A DNA stretch of 64,000 bases from a virus: IMG/VR virus record IMGVR_UViG_3300046490_000164, positions 6,170 to 70,169 of that record, one strand, 5' to 3'. A program made the position numbers and the translations under genes. Each line of letters starts with the position of its first letter. Position 1 is the stretch's first letter. The notes under the pieces were generated by a model. The model saw only the letters and a list, made by a program, of their open reading frames with translations, ran no database searches and was not told the DNA's origin. Positions 19,801-29,000 of the stretch are shown in pieces.

Positions 19801-22800
19801 ATCTGGATGGCCGGCGGCGACCACCATCCCTCCGGCACGGCGCTCACCAACGTCAACCTGATCTCGGCCGCCATCAAGGCTGCCGGGGCCTCTCAGGTCT
19901 GGGGCGCGGAGTTCAACGGGCACAACGACGTCCCGTCGATCGAGGACGCTGATGTGCTCCGCGTGGACATGGACTCGTTCTACGGCTACGGGCCCAGCGG
20001 CTTCTACAACCCGTTCTGGGACGCCGACCGTGCGTACATGAACGGCACGCGCCCGGTCTGGGTCCAGGAGTCGGGCTACGAGTATGAGGACAACACCGGC
20101 CAGCGCGGCACGCAGAACAGCCAGTGGTTCTGCCGGCGCTCGCACTTCTGGTCCGTCCTCGCCGGCGGCACGGCCGGCTACGGCTTCGGCACCATGAACG
20201 TCTACCTCATGTCCTGGGGCACGCCGGGCAACTCGCTCGACAGCCCGGGCTCGATCCAAACCGGCTATGCGCACACGCTCTTCAACTCGCTGCCGTGGTG
20301 GGACCTTCGGCCCAGCGGCACCGGGACCGGGAAGGCGGGGAAGACGTTGATCACCGCAGGAGCTGGGACCTTCGGCCAGAACAACGTGGACACGGTGACC
20401 AGCGCGGTGACGGGCGACGGGTCATACCTGCTCGCCTATGTCCCGGGCACGAACGCTGGTACTGCCGCAGCGTCGATCACCGTCAACATGACTGCGGTCG
20501 GTGGGAACTCCAGGGCGCGGTGGTGGAACCCTGTGACCGGCGCCTTCACAGCCATCGGATCATGCTACTCCAACACTGGGACACAGGCTTTCACCACACC
20601 CGGTTCGCACCTTGACGGCACCGGCAACGACTGGCTGCTGGTGCTTGATACGGCCGGAGCATCGTGCGGGGCTGTCACCGTCACCAGCGTTGCCATCGCT
20701 CCGACCACTGCAACCGTCAACGGTGGAGGCACGCAAGCTTTCACTGCCACGGTCAGTGGAACCAACGGACCGAGTCAGGTTGTGACGTGGAGCAGCAGCC
20801 CGGCGGGGAACATCAACGTCAACACCGGACTCTTCACGGCGCCAGCTTCGACCGCCTCTCCTCAGACGATCACCGTCACGGCGTGCTCCACCGTGGTTGG
20901 GTACACCGGGATCTGTTCGTCAGCCGCAACCGTCACCGTTCCGGCCACTGGCGCTGTCACGGCTCCCACCGTCGCGTCCAGAGTGGTTGCAAACGGGCCC
21001 GCCACGGGTACTCCTCCGACTGCTACGATTTCTGCCTCCGCTGGCTCGTTCATCGTCGCCATCCTGACTGCCGGTGGCGCGGCTCCAGCGGTTACCGGGA
21101 TCACTTCCGCTGGCACGGGGTCGGGTAGCATTGGAACCTGGGACATCTCGTTCACCCAAGTCGGTACTTCCCCTGCTTGGGCCAGAGTGTTCACGGCGAC
21201 GACTTCAGGTGACCTGACCTCGGTCACACTCACTCCATCTGGCACGTTCGATGCCTCGGACTCGGTGCTCACCGTCTTCGTGCTTACCGGAGCGGCTGCT
21301 ACCCAAACCAACCCCGGGAAGCTCAGTGCGACGGGGACCAACGCCGCTGTAGCCGGTCCGCTTGTTTCTACGGGCACTGCCTCGACTCTGGTCTGGGCAG
21401 CGGTTGGCATCGGTGGCGGCACGGTCACTGCCGCGACTGGGAACACGATTTCAAGTCAGCAAATTTACACTGGGGACGCCTACTACAACGGTCAGTGGAA
21501 CGGCACGGCTACCCCGGGATCGCACACGCTCGGCGTCTCCACCGTCAACACGCAGCAGTGGGCCATCGCTGGCATCGAGGTCCAGGGCGGCGCACCCGTA
21601 CCACTGACCAGCATCGTATTCGACAATCGCACCGCGACCAACCTAACTACGAGTCAGACTCACACGATCTCCGTGGCCTACACGCCCTCGACTGCTACGG
21701 ACAAGTCGCTGACGTGGTCGTTGTGTTCGACTGCTCCGAGCCAGACTGCCGTCGGTAACGGTGACCCCCAGGCTTACTCCTGCGGATCTTGCACGGCGGC
21801 CGACTCCAGCTATGGAACATTCAACTCCACTTCACTTCTCTATACCGCCCCCGCCACGGTGAGCGGAACGATGCACGCCTACCTGAAGGGCGTGAACACT
21901 GCGACAGGGCTGTGTGACTACGCGGAAGAGATCGTGACGAGTAGTGAGGTGGCCTACTCCGCATTCATTCTGAGTGACCTGACTGTGGCGCTGAGCGGCC
22001 AGATGCAGGTCACGTTCACCTCCAAGACCCCCAGCAATGCCAACGGTCCGCTGACGTGGAGCACCTGCACAACGCTCCCCACGGGAACTCCGCTGACCTG
22101 CGGAGGTTCGGCCAGCGGGTCGGTGACCTCGACTGGGCTCTACACCGCTCCGGCCTCCGGGTCCACGGCCTATGTGTTCGCGTGCCAGGCTTCGCTCTGC
22201 GGCTACGCCGTGGTCACGCTCACAGGCGGTGGGAGCACCTACTCCCTCCCCGCCGACCGCGCGACCACCTGGCAGCCGGGCGTGACCTACAACGGCGGCA
22301 TTCCGACTCGGAGCACCGTCTCCGCTACGCTCTGCCCCGCCGGGCAGACGGTCTCCGGGGCAACCTGCACCGGCAGCGCCACGGGCGCGGACGACACCTC
22401 TGCGATCCAGACTGCGCTCAACGCCGCTGGCGCACTGGCGACCAACGAGGCCAGCGCCCGGGTCGTGAAGCTCAACCCCGGCACCTTCCACCTCTCTAAC
22501 GCCGGCAACGGACTCTCGATGAAGAAGTCCTTCGTCACGCTCAGGGGTTCGGGTCCCGACTCGACCATCCTGAGCAAGGGCCAGATCGGCACCGCGACGG
22601 GCTCCACCGTCATCGGTGTCGGCCAGGATGGCTGGGTGTGGCGGGCGCCGGTCGCGCTCTCCACAACTGCGGCCAAGGGAGCTACCTCGATCTCGGTGGC
22701 TAGCAACCCCGGCTACCGGGTGGGGGAGATCCTCCACATCAACGAGCAGTACGATGCGGCGAACTCTCCGACCTACGGCTGGTTCAACGACTCCTTCCAG

Positions 22801-25800
22801 ACCACCGACTACCTTGGCTGGGGCGAGTGCCGGTGCGCCAATGACGCCACCTGTGCGTCGAACACGGGGTCCCCGGGCACCTGTTCGGCCTACGCTGGCA
22901 ACAGCACGGCGGCTCGGGCGCAGTCCCGCCCGGTCGGCCAGGCGGTGGAGATCGCCTCCATCAGCGGGACGGGCCCCTATACGATCGGGCTCACCACGCC
23001 GCTGCATACCCAGTTCCGCTCGACGCTCGGAGCCCACGTTCTGCGGATCTCCGACAACGCCAACAACCTGGCGCCCGACATGAGGTGGATCGGGATCGAG
23101 GACCTGGCGGTGGAGTACGGCGACGGTGGCGACGGCGGCGGCAACATCCAGATCCACGCCCCGGCGGCCTACACCTGGGTGAAGCACGTTGAGAGCCGCT
23201 ACCACATCGGTGGATCGGTCGCCTTCTCGGGCACCTTCCGCTGTGAGGTCCGCGACTCCTACATCCACAGCGCCCTCGACGCCAGCCCTGGCGGCGCAGG
23301 CTACCTCGTGGAGGTGGAGTCCTACGCCGCCGACAATCTCGTGGAGAACAACGTGATCTGGGCGGGCAACAAGGTGCTGGCGATGCGGTCGTCCGGCGGC
23401 GGCAACGTGATCGGCTACAACTACACCGACGACTCCTACGGGGTCGGCTACCCGCACCAGCAGGAGGTGGGCCTGAACGCCAGCCACATGGCGGGCAGCC
23501 ACTTCGAGTTGTTCGAGGGCAACTACGGCAGCAACTTCGACTCGGACTCGCACTGGGGCGCGGAGTTTTCGATCACGGCTTTCCGCAACCAGCTTTCCAC
23601 CAAGCGGGCGAAGGCGAGCTACCTGGCGACGGGGCATGATGACTACAGCCGCCCCAGCGCCAGGACGCAGACCAACTGGCCGTCCGGCACTCCGTTCCAC
23701 CTCTACTACGAGGACGCCTGGAGCCGCCGAGGGATCGGTCTCACGCGCAACCAGCGGGGCTACAACTTCGTCGGCAACGTGATCGGGTATCCTGGGATCG
23801 CGGTTCAGCTCAGCGTGCAGTCCTCGTGGGCTGACTTCGCTCTGCTCCAGGCCCAGGACTCCCTCACCTATGAGATCCTCGCCCCCGGCGGCAATGCGAT
23901 CGGGGCTTGGTATCTCGGGTATGACGGGGACAACCCGGGCAACGCGCATGACTCCGGGGTCGTGGCCTCGACGCTCCGCGACGGCAACTTCGACTTCATC
24001 ACCGGGACGATGCACTGGCACTCTGTCGGCGGCTCCGGAGTGGGCCAGACGACCGCTCCTGCGGCCTCTACGCTTCCCTCCTCGCTCTACCTGGGGAACA
24101 CCAAGCCGGCGTTCATGGGCGCGAACCCATGGCCCTGGGTCCTCCCCGAGAGCGGGTCCGTTGCGACGCTCCCGGCCAAGGCCCGCTTCGACGCGGGCAC
24201 GCCGAACGTGGTGGAGCTCCTTCCCTCAGGCTCGACCTACTACCTCCCCGCGGCACGCGTCACCACCTGGCAGCCAGGCGTCACCAACAACGGCGGGATC
24301 CCCACGACCCGCACCACGCTGTGCGCCACGCTCTCTCCCAGCGGGGGCGACGACACCACGGCGATCCAGGCAGCTCTCACCGCCTGCCCGGCCAACCAGG
24401 TGGTGAAGCTCAATGCCGGCACGTTCAATATCTCTGGCAACGGCATCTTCCCCGTGTCCAACACCACGCTGCGCGGCTCGGGGCCCGGGGTCACGACGCT
24501 CCACGCCACAGGCGCCAATCCGCTCGTGCTCGTCGGCCAGCTCTGGTTCAACTACACGGGCCAGGTCAACCTCGCGACCGACGCTGTGAAGGAAGCGACG
24601 ACGGTAACCACGGCGACCAATCCTGGGCTCACGGCCGGAGAGGTCGTAGTGGTCAACGAGACCTACGACTCGACGCTGACCTGGTTCAACAACGCCATGG
24701 CGGGCCAGGGCCTTGGAGACTACCAGGGCTGGGGTGAGGGGCGCGTCGGTCCCGCCGCCTCCTCTCGGCCGATCGGCCAGGCGATGGAGGTCGTTTCGGT
24801 CACCGGGAGTGGGCCCTACACCATCACCTTCTCCACCCCGTTCCACCGAGCCTACCGGACGTCCAAGACGGCGCACCTCGCGAGGCTCACGGGCGGGCTT
24901 GGCGGTCCCAGGACGGGCGTCGGCGTCGAGGACCTGACCCTCGCGGACGGCGGCGGTGGTGACGACGGCGGCGCCGGCGTCACCTTCTCGGCCGCCTCGA
25001 GGTCTTGGACCAAGCACGTCGAGACGATCCGCTCGGGCAACGCCGCCATCCTCTTCAAGGCGGCCGTGCTGTGCGAAGCCCGCGACTCCTTCATTCACTC
25101 GACCCGGAGCCCCGACCCGGGTGGTGGCGGGTACGGCATCGCGGTGGACTCCTACGCGGCCGACAACCTCATCGAGAACAACATCTCCTGGAACTTCAAC
25201 AAGGTCATGGTGATGCGGTCCTCCGGCGGCGGGAACGTCGTCGGCTACAACTACATGGACGACGGGTATGGCTCCGGCTATCCGAACCAGGTGGAGAACG
25301 GGATCAACGGCAGCCACATGACGACGCCGCACGACGAGCTCTTCGAGGGCAACTGGGGCTTCAACTTCTCCGGCGACTCGACCTGGGGCAACTCCATCGC
25401 CATGACGGTGTTCCGCAACCACCTCACCGGCCTGCGCGGCGGACGCACCTACGCTGGTGTGAACCTCTCCCTCTTCAACCAGGGCGGGTTCTACTTCGAG
25501 GACGAGTACAACCGCCGGGCTGCAGGGACCAACGACTTCCACTGGTCCCACAACTTCGTCGGGAACGTGCTCGGCTTCAGCGGGATGCCGCTGGTCACCA
25601 ACCCGCAGTCCACCTACAAGAACGTCCAGTCCGGGTGGATCTACGAGTGGGCGCCGGGCACCTCCGACACGCTGGTGCCCATGTGGAAGTTCTCCGACCA
25701 GCACGAGGGGGCGAGTGACGCCCAGCGCACGCAGTCCATCAACACCATGCTGCGCGACGGCAACTGGGACTGGTACACGCAGGCCCAGCACTGGCACGGC

Positions 25801-25992
25801 GTGGGTGGCAGCGGCTCCAACCAGACCACGGCGCCCGCCGCCAGCACGATCCCCAACTCGCTCTACCTGAGCTCAAAGCCAGGCTTCTTCGGCGCGAACG
25901 CCTGGCCCTGGGTGAACCCCGTCAACGGGGCCACCACCACGCTCCCGGCCAAGGCCCGCTTCGACGCTGGGACTCCGAACGTGGTCCCCTAG
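16843..25992 (+). CDS. giant multi-domain receptor-binding/depolymerase fibre (about 3049 aa): N-anchor, beta-helix module 1, glycoside-hydrolase-like domain, Ig-like (Big_2) domains, beta-helix modules 2 and 3
   Basis: The ATG at 16843 abuts the previous stop at 16840, and the N-terminus aligns to that of the 26016 gene. Parallel beta-helix repeats occur three times: NNISLENNKPIALNETGGGNVIAYNYADD / NNVIWAGNKVLAMRSSGGGNVIGYNYTDD / NNISWNFNKVMVMRSSGGGNVVGYNYMDD. A DDTSAIQTALNAAG motif is typical of pectate-lyase-superfamily tailspikes. The glycoside-hydrolase-like domain spans about nt 19310-20650. Confidence 0.75.
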   Translation: MHALAIALLMALGPVDLTQVDCAKTATAAHNDSQHLRAYQDWNPICLAAKEIQTALVLVPPTMAQAGSTVTVSGKPGSVIYHREDGTVAVAEAVGTAACTSPCSISLATGSTTISAVATYTGRFASPATTQAFNYTASPIDQSILPSGFRTTWNAGIPGGIPTDTDPTRPATLYLPNGNPYSGYSVNPALAGYSNATTFTIAFQAAIDAAGAAATPTSRKVVLLKAGDYYIAPQNFPGTSFQVGVVVQKDNVVIRGEGADTTRIAANGFIDNYGTVLLFGHRYGSADADFVVQNMAASAYRGDMTVTVSNGSAYAVGDVITIDHQDGAATPVGAVYFNGTYLWEYDSQYFKRQPTVSWAGPGTGAAVYTSDPTDYASANLVAQNVFPLWRSTVQATEITAINGNVLTLKDAINIDFPLSAVPQVWRTVPANTASANVGTRWVGVEKLAIAGGNNIWGFPGGNVGFSYCAYCWAQNIEADGGQWTENGDTHRHPGKYGYNIGVGRSYRTVVRNSYAHGSTDENPGGIAYGIVVGVGSSACLVENNISLENNKPIALNETGGGNVIAYNYADDAVLWNSSTWLENCIDDTHSSFTHHDLIEGNWACNIGADSTHGNSAWQTHLRNYAHGNNTHDQKTDNLRAVGMDGWTGEHAYIGNVLRGGNVYQVTPASQSGTPIYKLGANAGGSGLLWDNGYSLAHITRDGNWDNVSNATVWASGVKTIPDSFYLTGRPAFFGSNAWPWVSPLTGTTTTLPAKKRYDDGTPNIVGAVAAVACTSYTYSAWSPSTCSSGNQTRAVATQAPSGCTNQATNPPVLTQSCTPVDGTFPLSIASSGRYLQTAVGQPWRIQADAAWLLPSMAAPTQVDSYIANRRAKGFNTVYLMAMVHPTGYGVADSYHGNTSNAYDYAGNPAFTTANNFATPGAAYWANLDSIIAKAAAGGMAVALFPNYLGYAGLNQGWETVVSGMTGAQATAWGTWIGNRYKNAANVIWMAGGDHHPSGTALTNVNLISAAIKAAGASQVWGAEFNGHNDVPSIEDADVLRVDMDSFYGYGPSGFYNPFWDADRAYMNGTRPVWVQESGYEYEDNTGQRGTQNSQWFCRRSHFWSVLAGGTAGYGFGTMNVYLMSWGTPGNSLDSPGSIQTGYAHTLFNSLPWWDLRPSGTGTGKAGKTLITAGAGTFGQNNVDTVTSAVTGDGSYLLAYVPGTNAGTAAASITVNMTAVGGNSRARWWNPVTGAFTAIGSCYSNTGTQAFTTPGSHLDGTGNDWLLVLDTAGASCGAVTVTSVAIAPTTATVNGGGTQAFTATVSGTNGPSQVVTWSSSPAGNINVNTGLFTAPASTASPQTITVTACSTVVGYTGICSSAATVTVPATGAVTAPTVASRVVANGPATGTPPTATISASAGSFIVAILTAGGAAPAVTGITSAGTGSGSIGTWDISFTQVGTSPAWARVFTATTSGDLTSVTLTPSGTFDASDSVLTVFVLTGAAATQTNPGKLSATGTNAAVAGPLVSTGTASTLVWAAVGIGGGTVTAATGNTISSQQIYTGDAYYNGQWNGTATPGSHTLGVSTVNTQQWAIAGIEVQGGAPVPLTSIVFDNRTATNLTTSQTHTISVAYTPSTATDKSLTWSLCSTAPSQTAVGNGDPQAYSCGSCTAADSSYGTFNSTSLLYTAPATVSGTMHAYLKGVNTATGLCDYAEEIVTSSEVAYSAFILSDLTVALSGQMQVTFTSKTPSNANGPLTWSTCTTLPTGTPLTCGGSASGSVTSTGLYTAPASGSTAYVFACQASLCGYAVVTLTGGGSTYSLPADRATTWQPGVTYNGGIPTRSTVSATLCPAGQTVSGATCTGSATGADDTSAIQTALNAAGALATNEASARVVKLNPGTFHLSNAGNGLSMKKSFVTLRGSGPDSTILSKGQIGTATGSTVIGVGQDGWVWRAPVALSTTAAKGATSISVASNPGYRVGEILHINEQYDAANSPTYGWFNDSFQTTDYLGWGECRCANDATCASNTGSPGTCSAYAGNSTAARAQSRPVGQAVEIASISGTGPYTIGLTTPLHTQFRSTLGAHVLRISDNANNLAPDMRWIGIEDLAVEYGDGGDGGGNIQIHAPAAYTWVKHVESRYHIGGSVAFSGTFRCEVRDSYIHSALDASPGGAGYLVEVESYAADNLVENNVIWAGNKVLAMRSSGGGNVIGYNYTDDSYGVGYPHQQEVGLNASHMAGSHFELFEGNYGSNFDSDSHWGAEFSITAFRNQLSTKRAKASYLATGHDDYSRPSARTQTNWPSGTPFHLYYEDAWSRRGIGLTRNQRGYNFVGNVIGYPGIAVQLSVQSSWADFALLQAQDSLTYEILAPGGNAIGAWYLGYDGDNPGNAHDSGVVASTLRDGNFDFITGTMHWHSVGGSGVGQTTAPAASTLPSSLYLGNTKPAFMGANPWPWVLPESGSVATLPAKARFDAGTPNVVELLPSGSTYYLPAARVTTWQPGVTNNGGIPTTRTTLCATLSPSGGDDTTAIQAALTACPANQVVKLNAGTFNISGNGIFPVSNTTLRGSGPGVTTLHATGANPLVLVGQLWFNYTGQVNLATDAVKEATTVTTATNPGLTAGEVVVVNETYDSTLTWFNNAMAGQGLGDYQGWGEGRVGPAASSRPIGQAMEVVSVTGSGPYTITFSTPFHRAYRTSKTAHLARLTGGLGGPRTGVGVEDLTLADGGGGDDGGAGVTFSAASRSWTKHVETIRSGNAAILFKAAVLCEARDSFIHSTRSPDPGGGGYGIAVDSYAADNLIENNISWNFNKVMVMRSSGGGNVVGYNYMDDGYGSGYPNQVENGINGSHMTTPHDELFEGNWGFNFSGDSTWGNSIAMTVFRNHLTGLRGGRTYAGVNLSLFNQGGFYFEDEYNRRAAGTNDFHWSHNFVGNVLGFSGMPLVTNPQSTYKNVQSGWIYEWAPGTSDTLVPMWKFSDQHEGASDAQRTQSINTMLRDGNWDWYTQAQHWHGVGGSGSNQTTAPAASTIPNSLYLSSKPGFFGANAWPWVNPVNGATTTLPAKARFDAGTPNVVP
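19310..20650 (+). repeat. copy 2 of the duplicated glycoside-hydrolase-like domain-coding segment
   Basis: Lies in the 16843 gene and is co-linear with 13480-14830 at about 75-80% aa identity. Confidence 0.7.
22240..24220 (+). repeat. beta-helix depolymerase module 2; tandem paralog of 24230-25992
   Basis: Begins YSLPADRATTWQPGVTYNGGIPTR and ends ...LPAKARFDAGTPNVVEL. Co-linear with the following module, which begins YYLPAARVTTWQPGVTNNGGIPTT. Confidence 0.65.
24230..25992 (+). repeat. beta-helix depolymerase module 3; tandem paralog
   Basis: Same motif order as module 2: DDTTAIQAAL, GGGDDGG, PbH1 repeat, and C-terminal cap LYLSSKPGFFGANAWPWVNPV...LPAKARFDAGTPNVVP. Confidence 0.65.
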
Positions 25993-26015
25993 TAGCCACA
26001 GACAGGACATCGAAC

Positions 26016-29000
26016 ATGATCTCTCTCGCTCTTATCGTTGCAGCAGCTCTAGGGGCTGTAGATTTGTCTCAGGTGGATTGTGCGAAGACGGCGTCTACTC
26101 CGCACAACGACAGCCAACACCTCAGAGCAGTGCAGGACTGGAACCCTATCTGCTTGGGGGTAAAAGAGCTCCAGACCGCGATGATTCTATCGCCACCGAC
26201 GATGAGTCAGAGCGGCGCCACCGTCACCATCACTGGTCCGGCTGGATCGGCCATCTACCACAGAGAAGATGCGGTAGTAGCCGTTGCTGGGGCCTCCGGC
26301 ACCACCTCTTGCGTCTCGCCGTGCGCAGTGGTTGTCGCAGGAAGCACTACGATCTCTGCCGTCGTTACTTTGGATGGACGACTGGCGTCCCCAGCCCTCA
26401 CCCAAGCCTTCAGTGTGGCCGCCGTAGCATGCACCTCCTACACGTACAACTGGGGGGCATGCAGCTCTGGAAGCCAGCCCGGCTCTATCGCTACGCAGTT
26501 GCCATCAGGATGCAACGACACATCGAGTGCGGTTCTTTCCCAGTCCTGCGGAGTCTCGAGCGTGGCGGTCAGCGACCGGACTTTGACCGGCGGTAGCGTT
26601 ACACAGCTCTCTGCGACGGTCACTACGACAGGATCCGTGTCATCCAACGTCTCGTGGTCTTGGGTGAGTGGTGCAGGTAACTCTTCCTCCATCACCTCTG
26701 GCGGTATGTACACGGCGCCGGCCTCCACTGCGTCTATCCAGACAGCAGTAGTGCGCGCTACCTCCACGCAGGACGGCACCAAGTTCGGAACGGCGACGAT
26801 CACGATCCCCGCTACCGTTGTGGCCACAACGGTATCCGTGGCATCTGGCGGTGTGCATGACAGCCTGAGCTACGATCCTGCCGTACATCCAACGTCCTCT
26901 GTAACGTTCTCCGCCACAACGGGGCAGGTCTTGGTTGCCGTGTGCTTCGTCGACGGTACTGGAGATACCTGCACCCCAACCAACGGTTCTGGGGCATCCT
27001 CGTTGGTGTGGACCGTCATCGATTCATCCTCCCAGGCTGGTTACATTGCGGCCTACTGGGCGCGAGTTGGGTCAACCTTGTCGAACGTCACCGTGACTTC
27101 TCCGGCGGCGACCAACAGTGGGACGAACTACCTGCACATCGATGTGTTGGATAACGTCTACACCAGTAATCCACCAATCGGCACGCACAAGGCAGATGGT
27201 GCTAATGGAGTTGCCAAAGCTCCTTCGGAGACGTTGTCCGCGTGCGCCACCGGGTCGATGGTGATGTACAGTGGTGACGTCTGGGCTCTGGGCAGTAAGT
27301 CATCCATGACTGCTGCTGACCTCGTGACCGGTAACAGCAACACCACGATTCTCTCGACGGTTACCAACGACTCCGCTGGAAAGTACGGCTACCAGCCAGT
27401 CAACTACTTCTGGGTCGGCCGCTCCGTGGCCTCGGCCACTGGCGGTGCGGACAGCACGGTCGGAGTTACGCAGCCGGCCACCGGAGGAACGTGGAACGAC
27501 CTTGCCTTCGAAGTGCTCCCATCTTCGTATAACGGAACCTGTTTGGCGGTGGGCGGGAACAGCGGGGGCGGAGGTGGTGGCGGAACAACGGACACGTTCG
27601 TCGCTGGGACGGATACGAACGTTGGAAATTTCGGAGCAGTTGATATCCGTCCAGGTCTGTTGGTCACCGCGGCGCCCGTAGCCACGCAATTCACGGCACT
27701 GCTCGCCAACGCTTGGTCGTATGCGGCCCCAGGTATCCAGGGCATGGCCTGGGCTGTTTATTCCTACCCTGCTGACGGACAGCCCTGTGGGACTGTTGAC
27801 TCTTCTGGCATGTGGACACCGCCGTCTCCGATCGTCCCGCACTCCACAGATCGCACCTGTCTGATTCAAGCTACTTCGACGGCACAACCTACTGCTCGAA
27901 CCTATGCCGCATGGATCCAGCCAGCTAACAACGCTGTGGCTGGTGCGACCTCCATAGTCAACGTGTCGCCGATGGCGACCTATGCCCCCGCTAGCGGGGG
28001 CACGGCTGCATTCACCGCTACTGCTCTAGGCACCTTGGCGTTGAATACGAACACATTCACAACCCCTGCCCCCCCACAGACGTTTGATTGGGCAACCGAC
28101 GTAGGCTCGATCAACTCGAGCGGTAACTGGTCGGCGCCGGGTACTACGTCTGGGTCCATTCGGACCGCTACGGTGACCGCGACACATAGAGCCACTGGCA
28201 AGAAGGCAACTGCGACAGTCACTATCGCCCCAACCGGTGGGTTCACTACCTGGGTTGAGCCTGCGGATCGAGCGACGAAGTGGCAGCCCGGTATCACGTA
28301 CAACGGCGGAATCCCGGCACGCAGCGGAGCCCCCTGCGCTACTGTTACGCCGCTGAACTCTAGCTACAACGGATGGCAGGGTGTCTCGGCGGACAACACC
28401 ACCAGCGACGCTGAACGAATCCAGGCAGCTATCGACTCCTGCGCTCCTGGCGGCGTCGTTCAGCTCACGGACGGCATCTATTACTCAGACTCCCACTCTG
28501 CGAATAAGACATCTGCTCCCTACACCATCATGCTAACGCGCGGCATCACCTTGCGCGGGACTGGCGTATGGAACGGAACCGCCGGTACACAGCTCCAGAA
28601 GAACTTTGGCGCCACAATGGGCAGCTACGCCCCTAGCGTCGTTGCGCCGTCCGGTAACATCCCCGTTGTCCGCATAGAGCCTCCGTTCGCGGGTAACTTG
28701 TCCACGGTAAGCACCTCCTTGAATGTGGACGCGCAGAAGGGCGCGTTGTCCGTGACGGTAGCTGATGCATCGCGCCTAGCTCCAGGGATGTACGTGGTGT
28801 TGGACGAGTTGACCGGAGTAGGCTGGCAGGTAGATCTTGGGGGCAAAGGCATGATCCTCGCCTCCGACGATCGTCGCGTATGGTACCGAACCACCACCCA
28901 GAGGAGCCCTGGCACGGGGGAGTCCGACGTCAATCTTGCTACCGGCAGTGTGTCGGGCTCTGTCGCCGGCTGGTACTCTCGATACGATCGAAAGACTGGA

